From Microbotryum violaceum (taxonomy: Eukaryota), in contig CDLV01000019.1 in NCBI GenBank assembly GCA_001244265.2, positions 434,001 through 498,000 of the forward strand: a stretch of DNA of 64,000 nucleotides, in the 5' to 3' direction. Positions 1 to 15,249 of this stretch are shown here, in pieces (the first letter of the stretch is position 1; each line of letters starts with the position of its first letter). Position numbers and translations under genes: made by a program. The notes beneath the pieces are model-generated. The model saw nothing but the letters and a program-made list of their open reading frames with translations. It was not told where the DNA came from and ran no database searches.

Positions 1-1001
1 TCCAAGACAGCTCTAGTCGTTGGTGGATCGCGGTGAGATGAACCTTGAAAAAGTTCCATCTCCCATCCTCCGATGACTGACTGTAGATCCGTGTTTTCCC
101 GGTGGAGCTCAGCGGTCTCGGATTGTCCCTCCTCGAGCACCTCCATTCCGAAGGCTACGAAGTCGTGACGACCGTCCGTTCCCTCCCCGAGTCCCCTCTC
201 GAATCCATTCGATACATCCCCAACGTCGACCTATCCCTTCCCGGCGCATCCGCCTCCACGCTCACCTCCGCCCTGCGCCCTTCAACCGAGTTCGATCTCG
301 TCATCGTCTCCGCTGGCTACTTTAAGGATGATACCTTGCAGACGTTGGATTGGGAAGAGATGAACAAGATGTTTCAGATTTGTGCGATTGCTCCGGCGTT
401 CATCGTGGGCGAGTTGGTGAAGCAGGGGTCGATTCGTCAAGGGGGAAAGGTTGTGCTAGTGACGACTGAGGGAGGATCGATTAGACTTAGGACCAGGGAG
501 GAAGGCGGAGGCAATTACGGTCATCATGCTTCCAAGGTGAGCTAAAGGAACCCTCTTTATCTCAGCTGAGAATCGTGCTCACGGCCCACGACCCACCCGC
601 CCTCTCTCAACCCAAAAGGCCGCCGCCAACATGGTTGGCAAACTCCTCTCGATCGACCTAGCCAAGCAAGGCATCACCCTCGTCAACATCCATCCAGGAT
701 TCATGAAGACCGAAATGACTGCCAACATTGGGTACGACAAGTTCTACGACGAAGGTGGGGCCGTTGAACCGGAGGAAGCGGCAAAAAGCTTGATCGAATT
801 TGTCGAGAAGCATGTTGATGACTCCAAGAATGGCTCGTTTTGGGCGCCGAGGGGACCAAGGTGAGCTTCGTACATCTTTTCCGAGGGAGCAAGAGTGTGA
901 ACTGACTTGTGCTTTCTGTCGTGGCCCGACGAAGGGACGTGGGTGAAGCTGAACGAGTGCTCGGAAAGGATCTGCCCACTCCACTCGAACTTCCCTGGTA
1001 G
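1..1001 (+). CDS. Short-chain dehydrogenase/reductase (5' partial, at least 4 exons)
   Basis: Spliced exons (<1-32, 113-536, ~620-860, 935-1001) give the Rossmann motif ALVVGGSRGLG, the catalytic YxxxK-like YGHHASK, IHPGFMKTEM and C-terminal LELPW*. Confidence 0.85.
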
Positions 1002-1251
1002 CAAGTGGCCCTTCAATCATGCAGTACCCTCTGCAACTCTACGAACGTGTTCCTGCTTTTTCTTCGCCCTACAAGTCTGTATCCAAAGCCGGTCCTCACA
1101 TCAAGTGTTGCCATATCATTGCCATATCATACACCGTCAAATTCCTTCGTACGCGACCAGCTTTAGTTTCCCTTGAGAGCGAATCATCACACCGTTCCCG
1201 ATCATTACCAATCTACACGCTTCCAATCCAATCCTCGGACACAAAGCTACA

Positions 1252-4200
1252 TTACTTCTTTCTTTCCTCATTCTCCATAACCGTAGCTCCCGCTGGCCCA
1301 CCCCCACCCGTCGCCTGAGCCATCGCCAACGCCTCCCTCTGAGCCCTCCTCGCCTTCTTGGACTCATACTCATGCCATTCCCCTTTGACCAACCTCAACA
1401 CATCCGGGAATTCAGCCCTCGGTTCTTCGGTTGTGAAATACCTCATCTCCAACGCTTCCTCGGCAGTAGGTCTTGTCGAAGGGTTGAGACTCAATAGTCC
1501 TTCGGCCAATTCGAAAGCTCCTTCCGTGAGATGATGAGAAGCGAAGGTTTCACGAAGCGTAGAGGGTAGTGTTTGGGAGGGCTTTACGAGTTCGTACCAG
1601 GAAAGTTCTTGGACTTGGGGCCAGAGTGTGGGGGAGGGGGTGCCGAGGATGGAGAATATTGCTTCGAGTTGATGGATCTCGTCTTGGCCTTGGAAGACGG
1701 GACGGCGGGCGAAGAGCTCGAGGAAGATGCATCTGAAGGGGGTTGGAAAGCAAGAGATTAGCCTCAGAAGCATGTGTAGATCAAAGTAGCACCTTGACAG
1801 GACCGATCACTTACCCTGCAGACCATACATCGACCTCCGCACCATAAATAGTCGCACCAAATAGCAATTCAGGCGGTTTGTACCACTGCGTAATGACCCG
1901 ATTCGTATAATCGTTGCCCCTCCCTTGGGCATAGAACCTCGCGAGTCCGAAATCGGCAATCTTGAGCTCGCCATCTTTGCTGATGAGCAAGTTGGAGCCT
2001 TTGAGATCGCGGTGTAGAACGCCTCGACGATGAACGAAGGCGAGACCCGTGAGAAGTTGGTGCATGAGATGCTTGAGATGTGCGGGGGTGAAGGTGATGG
2101 AAGGGTGAAGCAGAACCCCCGTAAGATCGTGGTCCATGTATTCGAACACCATGTATACATGACCTACAGATCAAAAATTCGTTTGGTCAGCCCCAGTTCG
2201 TTCCACTCGCAGCGCATCAATGAGATAGTCCAACGTGCTTTTCGAAACCATCATCTCCAACAGATTGACGACATTGGCGTGCCTCAAGCTCTGTAGCAGC
2301 TTGATCTCCCTCACGGCCGTGATGGGGAACCCATCCTTTTCCGCCTCCATTCTAATCCTCTTTAAAGCGACCAAAGCGCCAGTCTCAGTGTTTCTCGCCT
2401 TGTACACCTTTCCGTACGTCCCTTCGCCGACTTGGACCAGGCATTCGTAGATTTCCGTGGGTGGTGGAGCGGCTGGAACGACGGGAACATCAGGAACGGC
2501 GGCTATCTTGAGGTCGTTGCCAGTCGATGGTTCCTCCACTTCAGCGAGTGTCGACGCCGTTGGAGGCGTCGTCGCTCGCGAGCTGCGTTGATCCGTCGAA
2601 GGCGGACGATGTCTTCTTGAATCGTCATCATTCCTCCGGTAGTAGTCGTCTCGCCTCTTGTAATCATCCCCGTCGTCGCGTCGAGAAGAGTAGCGATAGC
2701 CCGTATCCGATCTATCGTTGTACGACATCGACGGCCGATCCTCGGAGCCGACATCGGTCCTACGGTCTCGCGAACGATCCATGTCCTTGTCCTCATGCGA
2801 CGATGCTCCTTTCCTCTCCACCCCACGTTTGTTATAGTCACGATAGTCATCTTGGCCGCGTCCACCAAACGAGCCCCTTCCTCTTCCTCGTCCCCTCCCT
2901 CGCGCGTATACGAACTCGCGATCCTCCGTCCGTCGTCGAGTCTCGAAATTCTTCTTCGACGTCGTCGTACTCGATCGATCATCATCGTCATACCTCCCTT
3001 CTTTTCGATCATCAAACTTGCTTCGCTCACGGTCCCGATCATGATCACGGCCGCGGGCCCGATCCCTGTCGTGGTCTTGTTCGCGTTCACGATCGTCGTA
3101 TCGCGACGTCCTCGACGTCATTGGAGACGTTCTCGAATCGGTCTTGCCGCCTCGTGCAGGGCCCCACGACCTGGTCTTGGTCGATCGATCCTTGTCGTAC
3201 CCATCGTCCCTTTCGGTTTCCCTTTCCCTCTCCCTCGAAGTGAACGATGCTCTCCGGCCCTTGGACTCGTTCCCACTCCATCGCTTTCTTCCATCCTCCT
3301 CCTCCTCGTCACTTTCCCGATCCTTCGGTTCCCTCCTTCTATCTTTCACACTCCTCTTATCCTCTTCATCATCATACTTCCTCCTCTTCTCCTTCATATG
3401 CCTTGCGCCCCACCCATTATCCCTTCCTCTTTCCCTCTCCCTTTCTCTCCCTTGGATCCTGTCATCCTCTTCCTCCTTCCTCCTCCGTTCCTTCTTCTCC
3501 CTCTGCGCACCCACATCGTCCCTTATGCGTCTCGAACTCGTCGTTGAATCCGCATCGCTCGGGCGTCGTCGTCTTGCACCCGCATCTCTCTCCCGTTCGC
3601 GCTCCCGTTCTCGCTCCCATCGGTCCCTGTCCCTCTCTCTTTCCTTCTCCTTCTCTCTCTCGCGCTCCCTCTCCCGGATCCTTTCGCCGTCCCGCTCATC
3701 ATCCGCGCCTCTCGCTGCTTCATCATCACCTCTCTTCGTCCTCTTCCCTTCCCAAATTTCGTCCTCCGAATCCGCGGGAAAGAACCTCTTGACCTGCCCC
3801 GCTTTGGTCACCGAACCCATTCCCGTCGCGGCTCCCGTCGCGGCCGCACTCATCCCACTTCCAACACCGTTCAAAGCCAAAATCGACCCTGCTCCATTCG
3901 AAGCTTGGAAAGTATTGGTCGGGGAAGCAACTTTGAGTGAAAGCGATTGACGATGGGTCGTTTGTAATGGTTCGCGAGAGGGGGTGCGCTGCATCGATGT
4001 TGAGGGTGACGAGGTACTGGGGTGAAGAGGTTCAATGTTCATGGAGTCGGGGATGGCCGACCTACTCCTCGTTGTCGTTGTCGTCGTCGTCGTCGTCGAA
4101 GGAAGAGGATCGGATTCCCTCGACCTCTCTTCCCACTTGGGCTCGACAGACCTCTGCTCCCTCACCGTACGATCCGTCTGCCTCCTCTCCCTCTCTTCTT

Positions 4201-5653
4201 CGTCTTTCGTTCCCTCCCTCTCCCTCTCCCTTTCCCTTTCCCTTTCCCTTTCCTTCTCCCTCTCCCTCCAACTCCCATTCTGCGTCCTCGCCCCCGCCCA
4301 TCCCTTATCCAACCCCGCCCCCGAACCCTCAACACCACTCTTGAACCCCCTCTCACTCTTCAAACTCGACCCATGCTGATCCCTTCCATACCCCTTACTA
4401 ATCGACGAACCATTCGATCTCGAATTTAAGTTCGCGTTCGTGTTCCGAGCATGATGAATCATTTTCGGCCTAGGTGCTGCAAAGAAAGCTTTAGGTTCGG
4501 AGGAAGGGACGTTTTTTTCCAATTCCGTACCAGTTAAAGTGGTTTCATTTTCCGTTGGTTGGGCTTGGGTAAAGTTCGGATTTATACGTCGAGAAGGATG
4601 GTGATGATCGTATCGTTTTGATGAAGAGGAAGAAGCGGGGGAAAGGGAACGTCTTTTAGGTGCGTTCGAAGAAGTCGTTGATTTGGGAGGTGGAGGAGGT
4701 CGAGATGGTGGAGATCGTTCAGGACTGGGGCTGGAGGAAGGTGAGCGAGATGAATCGCGTAAATCTCGACGGGAGCGAAGAGGTGGGGAAATAGGTCGGG
4801 CTGGTGGTGGTGGTCGGCCACTGTAAGGATTTACCAGCAACGATCAGTCCTTCCTGCGGGGAGGGAAAAGGCCAGAGATGCGAGAACACAACTTACGAGT
4901 CGGATCCGTTCGGTCGGGATACGTTCTGCTCTGGATCAGCTTCCTTCCGACGTTGCACAGGATAAAAGGGCCTCGAAGTCAAAGTCGACGAAGCCGGATC
5001 GCCGGGGTAAGTTTTCCTTGAGGCCGGGTTGAAGTTGTTGTGGCTCGAAAACGTTGGCGGCTGACGATTCGGACGGGTCGGAGGGGGCGCATCGAGTGAT
5101 CTTGGTCGATCGTGCTTGTCATAGTCGTGGTGGTGCTTGGAAGCGTGAGCGCGGGTAGGTGAGGTATCGTAGCGTCTAGAAGACGTGACGAGTGCTCGAT
5201 TCGAGAAATTGGAGTCACGCTCGTCGTCGTCGCGGACGCGTTTGGACGAGTCATACTGAGCGGCTGCGGTCGAACGAGACGTCGACGAACAGCGTCGATC
5301 GTCGTTCGTGGCTACACCTCGACAGGCACTGCTACTCGTCTCTCGATCATGCCTTCGCTCAGAATCACGATCCTCATTCGTCGAAGTCACCACCCTCCAT
5401 TTCGCCGACCCGCCGAGGCAGAGGCTGAACCCGTCTTGGAGTCACGCGCACTAATCAAATGCTCTTCGTACCTCTTGCCTCGATCGTGAGACGAAAAGTG
5501 ACGAGCTTTATCAAGCACCGTCGAAGACGATGAGAACGACTTGTAAGTCGAGCTGGTCGTAGCAGTGGTCGCGGTGGCGTGGGCGTTGGCGGTGGAGCGT
5601 TCTTGCCGCGTTGCCCAACCTCGATCTTGCGAAGGTCGGTCGAACGAGAACAT
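1252..5653 (-). CDS. CTK1: RNA Pol II CTD kinase (CTK1/Lsk1/CDK12-like) with a long R/D/E/S-rich N-terminus
   Basis: VGEGTYGKVYKA, ALKRIRMEAEKDGFPITAVREIKLL, HRDLKGSN, DFGLAR, YTNRVITQWYKPPELL. Introns 4821-4896, 2164-2238 (GC-AG) and 1733-1814. The 5' end (ATG at 5653) is uncertain because of a frame discontinuity near 5390. Confidence 0.9.
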
Positions 5654-6183
5654 GTTTTTATTGAGCCTAGAGGGTCGAGGCTGGGCCTGGTTCGGACTAC
5701 GGGTGGTGCAAGAAACGGGGGTTGGAGGTGGAGGGACGATCTGCGATGGGAGAAGGAGAGCGCGCGAGTCAGCTAGGAGGGGAGGATGCGGTGTGGGTCG
5801 TGAGGGAAGGGATGTACCTGATAAAAGCTCCAAAAAAGATCTGCAACGCGTGATGTGAAATTGTAAGGCGACGTGAGGTGAAAGTGGCTCGACCTGAGTC
5901 GGAGGCTAGGAGGGGTGGATGAAGGTGATGGTGATGGTGGGATGGATCAACTTTTTCGAGGATGGTCCAAGCTCGTAATGCGCACCAGCCTAGGTGGTGG
6001 ACACGTAGACAGTCGATCCAGACTGCTTCAGTCACCGTTCCTGGGTGAACAGACAGGAGATGCACGAACAGGCCTCTCGAACGAGGCAGCTGCGGGCTGA
6101 ACCGAGGGGAACGATCGGGAAGAGAAAGACGGAGATGGAGCGCGCTCGTGCTCTCTCCTCCTTATTAGCAGCACCGATACGAC

Positions 6184-7369
6184 ATGTCCGCTCTGGTCGG
6201 GTATGCGTTCTCTTCGGAGGCGAGCAGTGATCACGAGGAGGAGATGCAGCAAGTCTCCGTGCAAGTACAAGTAGACGTACCAGTATCCGCTCAACCACCA
6301 GTAGGCCCAGCAGCACCAGCACCGGCACCAACACCGGCAGATGCCCCACTTGAACAAGCTGCTCCTACACCATCTTCAGCACCACCAGTCGTAGCATCAG
6401 AACCGCCTCAAGCTGAAAAAGATGTCAAAGATGATCAAGACGGGGATCAAGATGACGATGAGGATGAGGATCACGACGACGACGACCTTACGCCCGAACC
6501 GGACTATTCGTTCGCCTCGCCACCACCTCCACTACTCGACACCAACGGTCACGGTCACGCCGAGGACGTTGAGCAGGAGCACGAGCACAAGCACGAGCAC
6601 GAGCCACCACAAGACAACAACCACGACTACGAAGAACAAGCAAAAGAGCCTACAAAGCTAAAAGCCACCACAAGAATACACGAACTCGATATCGTACAAC
6701 AGGTCCGCTTCTTCACCTTCTGAGAACTCTCGGACCACCAAGCTGACCCTCTCACGCACGCCCCGAATAGGACATTGCCAAGCTACTTCATCTCGCCGGG
6801 TGCACCTTGGCCAGTCTCGACCCCGAACCCAATCCAAATCTGGACCTGTCGAACGAGAAGCATACGCCCATTCCCGAGGACAAGAACGAACGCTTTGATC
6901 ACTTTGCTCAAGCCTACTTCACAACTCTCAATGTCCGTCTGTCGGCAAAAAAAAAAAAAAAAAGACCCTCTTGGCATTTCAGCACTCTGACGGGCTGTTC
7001 AACTCCTTTCCTCTACAGGACATCCAACTGTCTCTTCGGACGAGCATCCGCCATCTCGCTTTATCGAAACCTTCCCTACAAGCTCTGCTCGATCCCAACT
7101 ATGCCTCGCTCCTACCGACTCAGGCATTGGAACCAGGTCAATCGAGCATCGCCGCGGGGGGGATCGCCCATCGGTCGCGTATTAACCCTCTACCGTTGAC
7201 CAAGTCGATTCCCAAATGGACCACACGGGACGCGCAGGCAACGAGTGCGGGTGGTGTCGAGGAGGATGGTTCGATGAGATTGAGCGTCGCGGCGAGGGGG
7301 TTACAGGCTGAGGCTTGGCGTGATTTGGCCCGAATTGCCAGCGCGGCCCAGGACCCAATGAAAGAGTGA
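6184..7369 (+). CDS. MED11: Mediator subunit Med11-like
   Basis: Three exons join to RIHELDIVQQ|DIAKLLHLAGCTLASL...FAQAYFTTLN|DIQLSLRTSIRHL, the two-helix Med11 pattern. Long acidic/Pro-rich N-terminal extension. Confidence 0.7.
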
Positions 7370-7690
7370 AGGAATTGATGATGCCTTTTTTAGTAGTACA
7401 TGTTGTGAACGGAGCAGACCTGATGGCTGCCAACAAATTCCTTCCTGCCGAGCTCATATGATGAAGACTGGCAGGCCGGTCGAGTCAGATTTCTGGGGCG
7501 CTTACGGCCAAAGGCGCATTGCGTTGTCTCGCCCTCATTCCAAATCGAGCGTCCTGCGCTGTGCGCTCGTCGAAGGTCGTCGATGACCACACTCTACCAC
7601 ACTACTTGCCGCGCCACCCCGCCGGACAGCTCTTAGCTCTCCCCCCTCTACATCCATCCCCTTTCCCTCCAGCTCACCACTACACCCATC

Positions 7691-9498
<1,808 letters not shown>

Positions 9499-9951
9499 GC
9501 TTCGAACGCGAAAGCTCGCTCTTTTTTCTGAGCACCCACCTCACACATCATCACCTTTCGCAACCCCGGCTCTTCGTAGTTTCGTGCACTTTGGGGGAGG
9601 ATGGCAAAAGTAAGCCCACCAGATCCAAATCCAAGGGCAACGATGCTGGTTGGGGGCCGGTCTGGACAAGGTGAAGGGGGTTGGTTCGTTTGGTGCCTGG
9701 AGGCGGATGCGGATGTCGAAGAGGTGGCGTGTGAAGCAGCCGTCCGGGGCCCGGAGCTGGAAGACCTTCCTTTCCTGTTGATCTCTTCTCACCAAATCAG
9801 ACCTTCTTGAAACCCCTTTTCACTGCTCATTCTGCATAGTCCATGCCCCAAGCAGCCACGTCAACCGAGAGATTGAAATCCTTCCCTTCCCTTCCCAAAC
9901 CCTGAACCCTCAACAGTGAAAGCAATCCCACCACCCCCTGACGCGGAACCA

Positions 9952-12250
9952 CTAAAAGAACCCTCTCACCTCCGAAGCGATTCCCTTCAATTCGTTCCAA
10001 CCCACCAACCAATCTTCCTCGAACTTATCCACCCCAAACTTCCCCGCAGCTTCCCTAGCCCTTTTCCTCATCTCTTTCCTCTCCTCCTCCTTCATGGAAA
10101 GGATTTTGAATAATTGGGAGGCGAATTCTTGGGCTGATTTAGCGTGAAATCCGGTTGGTTGACCGGTCGGAGAGGCGGTTACGATGTCTAGTAAAGGACC
10201 GGCGGAGGCGTGTACGAGGGGGATCAGGCCGGCCGCCTGAAACAGACACACACACACACACACACACAAACACATTTACAGGGGAGAGAAGAAATGATTA
10301 GTTTCGTCTTCGTGAAGAGAACGTCAGGATTCAAGTCAAAGGAAGGGGTCAGATAAAACGTACCATGAATTCAACCACCGTGATCCCAAAATGCTCATCG
10401 ACCATCGTATGTAAACCCATACCGGCCTTAGCCAAATAATCCCTCTTCAACACATCATAAGAAGCGTTCACCACGAATTCTACATTCCTTTCCGCACCGA
10501 GTTTTTTCGCGAGATCGCGGAGCGTTTCAACGCGTTCCTGGTCGGATGTGTGGCGTACTGAACCGGCCATGATGAGTTTTATGGTTGAGCGAAGGCAGGG
10601 GTCGAGTTGGAAGAGATGGGATAGCGTTTCGAGTTGCACGGGATGATCTTTCTCTGGTCTGATGGGAGAGAAGTGTTGAGAGGGTTAGATCGGGCTCACA
10701 AGGGCCACAAAATATCCGTGGTGGGAAAGAAGGGGGGGCGGGACCGACCGGAATTGAGCTAGGGAAAGAATCATGTGCGGTTCTCTCGGTTCCAAAGGTA
10801 GCGAAGAGAGGGAAATGGTATCACACGGTGGGTACACGATCCGACTTGTCCGGAACCGTTTCGGAAAAGGGACAGAAGTCGACATCGTGGTTGTCGTCGA
10901 GGGAACTGTTCGCGTTCGTATCTTCGTTGTCGCATCGGTTCCCGTTGATGTCGTTGAAGCGACAACCGAGTCGTTTGGAGGCAATTCGGGCTCGACGTCG
11001 TCCCGATACCCGAACGGCTTCAGGAGATGATCGATGTGATTCTTCGTCCAGGTCGAGTTGACCATCAGCACCGTCGACTGCCTAAGACAGATCGAGTAAA
11101 GTTCGGCGAAAATGACATAGTATCTATCAAAAAGAAAAGGGAGGTTAATAAGAGGAAGAGGGCCCTGAGAAGTCGGAGAGTAGCAACGTACAAAAGTTTA
11201 AGGTTTGTCAAGACAGCACTAGAAGCAACGAAGCTTGTATTCGTATGCCCTTGCTTTCGCTCCGAGACCCGTCGAAGCATATCGGTGCTGATCGTAGGAT
11301 AGTGGGTGTACGACCCGACTGGTATCCTTCCGAGGTGCCTAATTAGAGGGTAGGTGAAGGCGTAGCCCATCGTGTCTGGTGGATAAAGCGCGTGTGAGCT
11401 CGGGTTAAACAACTCGGCTCGGATTCCCGGCGAACTGACCTATCCAAATATCGGGTATCAACCCACCCGTCCCTAGTCCCTGCCACGCGAGGATGACGGA
11501 CCCCAAGGATTGGCCCAAGAGCGTGAAGCGAGGCCAAGTCGAGTCCTCGACCAAATGTCGGGAACCGAGTCGGACAAAGATCAAAGTTTTGGGTTCCAAG
11601 GCGATCCCGAAACGAACCTGTTGGCAAACGATCGAACGTTAGCGTCAGCGTCATCACGAACGTTACTTTTCGGCGTCCAAAGTTGGATATCCTGACCGCG
11701 ATGAGATGTTAACTGACCTTGACTTTAGAAATCATCGAATCCTTGGTCACCCGTTCCAGCCTTGCTTTGTGCCCGGCTCCCGTAGTCGGAGCATCTTCAT
11801 CCTCAGCCGTCAGATCACCCGTATACACCACACAGATCAAGTCGGGCTCCTCCCTCTGTAAACAAGCGACTGCGGTCCATAACACCCTTTCGCCTCCCCC
11901 ACCGGCGTTACTGATGGGTCGCAAGGAGAGAGGCCACGTCATAGGCAAAATCAAGGATCAGCTCCCGGACGCCCTAGGTGCTTCTTGGTTATTCGCATGA
12001 CATACCAATAAGGATGAAAGAACCCCACAATTCTCGTCTTTTTCACGACCTCAAGATCGACGATCCCTATCGTAGCCAGTGCAATCCTCCGTCTCCGTTC
12101 ATTCGTCGCTCTCAATCGCAGACCGTACACTCTCACGAGGATGTACAGCAAGGACGACAAGATTGGGACGGAGAGGAAGGCGGTGATGAGGAGGAGGATG
12201 AGCTTGAGGTGTGGCGGGAGGGAGAGCACTACGCGTAGGAAGGGGTTCAT
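9952..12250 (-). CDS. ALG11: GDP-Man:Man3GlcNAc2-PP-Dol alpha-1,2-mannosyltransferase
   Basis: N-terminal TM segment, GFFHPY(C)[74 protein letters not shown]. Multi-exon. Confidence 0.93.
10246..10268. repeat. (CA)n microsatellite in the last ALG11 intron
   Basis: Uninterrupted acaca... run next to the acceptor site. Confidence 0.9.
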
Positions 12251-12455
12251 CGCGGTCCCGGCGTCGACGCTCGCTTTCGAGGTGACCGGGACCGAGGAGA
12301 CAGAGCAGCATTGACCAAAATCCGGACCGGCACCTGGCCGAACCTGGCCCGTGCGCGCCGCAGGTTCATTCTCAATTTTTGGATGAAGTTAACAACAACT
12401 TACTGCTAAGTTTGCTTCGGACAGTCGGATACAAGCACTATACAATATAATTTCA

Positions 12456-13603
12456 CTATCGCACTGCCAGGATGGCTGCAAACGTGGCGATCACGATAGC
12501 CGCTGTGATTTCAAAAAGTTGGATCGCTCAGCATCTCGCACGTGATCCTATGAAGTGCCACTTTGGACGCAGGCCTCTGTACTGACCAACACAAAACGAT
12601 GTGAGAATGACCGTTCTCCGAGAAGGTGGGAACATAGATTTGGGTTCCTTCATCAACGCCGATTGCACGGAAAAGTACCGGTTTGCGCCTGCAAAAATAT
12701 CCATTCAAGATGTTAGTTGGGCGGGGGGGCGCAGCCGGTGTCGCTACATTGCGCCTCATAGCGACTCACCCAATAGTAGGAACAGCAGGGCGAGGCCGAT
12801 AAACGTCCCACCCTGTATTTGAAGCGCTGTCAGTAAGCAGAAGCGATGAACCGCCAAGTATGCAAACTCACGATCGGCTTGCCCAGATGGCGATACTTGA
12901 GCGGATTGCCATTGGTCTGACCTTGCAGAAGCAGAATCTGCTGGGCTTGTTCAAGCACGAGTTGGCGGATAATTTGGAGTTCCTCAGATGCTGCGATGTA
13001 GCTTTCATTGCTACTGGCATTTTGCACGACCGCTCGTTCGAGCAGCGAGCGCAAATGTTGAGTCGAATTGGGCACGATCGAAGTCGAGCCGGTCGTGTCG
13101 GTGCTTGTCCCAGTCGGGACAGATGTCGACGCCAACCTGAACAGCTGCGTGATGGCGATCCCGATCGACGCCATACTCAAACTCGTCCTCAACCAAGCCA
13201 AGAACGTCCTCTCGTTCGCCAGATGATCTCTTGCAACCGAGCCTTTGTTCTCCAACATGTGCGTCAATCGCCAGTGGGAGCTCTTCGATGGGTGCTCGCC
13301 TCCGCTTCGGCCGGCGCCATCGTCCCCTTCCCCTTGGGCCCGCCGCCTGCGAGTCAACTTGGACATGAATGATCGAGCACCACCCGGCGTTGCTGTCGCT
13401 GACTGGGAGGGGTGGGTAGGAGGGCCGTCGCCATTGAGTTCTACAGCGTGGTCGGTCTTGCTATTAGTGACTTGCATCGTGTTGGACATGTTGGCGTCAC
13501 GTGCGAAGGAACCGTAGGATGGGTGTTGGTCAGAACCGGTCGATCGCTTAACCAGCCCCTCGCGCAATTCATCTTTCAGCGCGCACGGCTCGGAGGTGCT
13601 CAT
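12456..13603 (-). CDS. DUF202 (YidH-like) membrane protein
   Basis: LENKGSVARDHLANERTFLAWLRTSLS signature. Downstream exons give GKPI|GGTFIGLALLFLLL|GANRYFSVQSAL...FPPSR...|AAIVIATFAAILAVR*. Confidence 0.85.
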
Positions 13604-14782
13604 ACCCGAAGAAAAATGTGGTCGAGAGATCGGAGAGATTTCGTTAAAGCTGAGCAGGTGGATAGCTGATAATGAGAGGAGACAGACACAGGTTCCCGGG
13701 CTCTCTTACTTCAGATTCTATTAGTATCACCCGACCACTACAATGATGCTGGCGGCGGCATGACGTGCTCAAAAAAGCAGCGTGTATGCACTTATTACGT
13801 TTTCGCGCCCCGCGGCGTCCGCACCTAATAATCCGGGGAAAGATCGAAATCGCGTGCAGCAGCTTGCTCGGTATATATTGAACTTCCCAACATGATCGTC
13901 ACCGTTCTTACAAGCGGAGTGAGGGAGGGCTGAACAATGAGACCAGCCAGAGTACAATCTCTTTCCCTCATAACCCTTTCCGAGTTTTGGCAGAGTCATC
14001 AACAGTCACTGTTCGAGGAGGTGCAGGCGATGAGACAACAATTGCAACAACACACGAACTTTTACCTTGCGCGTTTGGGCACTGACTTTTGCAGATTGTA
14101 TCGTCAAGTTGGGAGACCCTGAAGGCCTAGAAGGCACACACGCCAAAAAGAGGCATTTGCAATGGAAGCTTCCAGCGCCAGCCCTTAGTACATAGGCAAC
14201 GCGACCGCAGTTGACCGGGTTGAACCGCGCGCCCCGCCGCTGCCAAAGTCGACTGCAGTCGCGACTTCGTGCCCGCGGTTGTTCGAGGCTAACGGTCGTG
14301 ACATCGAGACGATGATCCGAACCAAAGTGGGCGGCGCGCCGCCGCCAGCGAGCCGGTGCAAATGCAAACGGTGTACATAATCGGAAGCGTGGATGGGGAA
14401 AAGGTTGAAACACACAGCTCACGGAACAAACAAGTGGGGTCACGAAAGAGGGTTGCAAGGAGTCGAGCGGTCAAACCCCTTAACGAGACGATCGGGAGAC
14501 GGAGGCCGTGGGCCTGGCCGACGCGCAAACGGGCCCCGGGGGGAAGGTCGCCCCCTTGCGGAGGGGTTTGTTTCTTGGCTCGGGGTAGCTAACCCGAAAC
14601 CGAATCCCAACTGAGGGCCGCCACCCGTGTTCGGGGGCGCTGGCGGTGAGCTTGAGGCCCGTTGGCGACCCGCTTAGGCAATGAAGTTCGCGAAGTTGGC
14701 AGAGGCGTAGGGGAAGTTGGTGGAAAGGTGGGGGACGCACCTGGGGGGACGTCTGCGGCCTTCGAATCCACACGATTTAGTT

Positions 14783-15249
14783 TGTCACGTCACCGCGAAA
14801 TCCGCTTCCAATCGTTGATCCGATCCGATGCCGTTCAGCTTGACTTGAAGCGGATCGAGACGATTTGGCGCGTTCAGCAGGCTTGGGCAAGACACGTGAC
14901 CTAGCACATCTCTCTTACACTCTCTCTACTTTAGGAGAGAGATCTACTACAACCAGAGTAAAATCCATACCCGAAGGCGGTACCGTGCGCAACAAAGGCT
15001 GTGCCTACGGGAGAGCCATTCCTTTGTTGAGAAGTGCATGGCTGAGGCAGTGTAGTGTATTCGGATGAGGGTAGCCCGGTGTAGGGACTACAAGAGGGTC
15101 CGAAGAGGAGGCGGTGCCAATGCCGATGCAAAGTTTTATCCCGAGGTCGCGTTGAAGGGGAATCGCCCCTTTGATCCCGGCCGCGGCGCCTTGTTCGGAG
15201 GGAGCGCAAAATCTTGGCGGCGCTGTTGAACAATTTGGTGACCATGACA
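14783..15249 (-). mobile_element. Probable LTR of a decayed LTR retrotransposon (3' LTR with upstream PPT)
   Basis: On the minus strand, purine tract AAAGCAAAAGAGAGGAGGGAG is followed directly by TGTCATGGTCA at 15249. A candidate matching terminus ...GTGACA lies at 14783. Confidence 0.45.

Noticed and set aside
2432-4429. Many long plus-strand S/L/P-rich ORFs
   Set aside because: Antisense shadows of the purine-rich RE/RD repeats of the CTK1 N-terminus.
6947-6963. A17 tract (and A21 at 24588-24608) as retroposon tails
   Set aside because: Both sit in short introns with no element body or target-site duplication; treated as simple homopolymers.
13769-14420. Cys-containing minus-strand ORF pieces as a possible small secreted effector
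   Set aside because: I could not build a signal peptide or a consistent exon chain.
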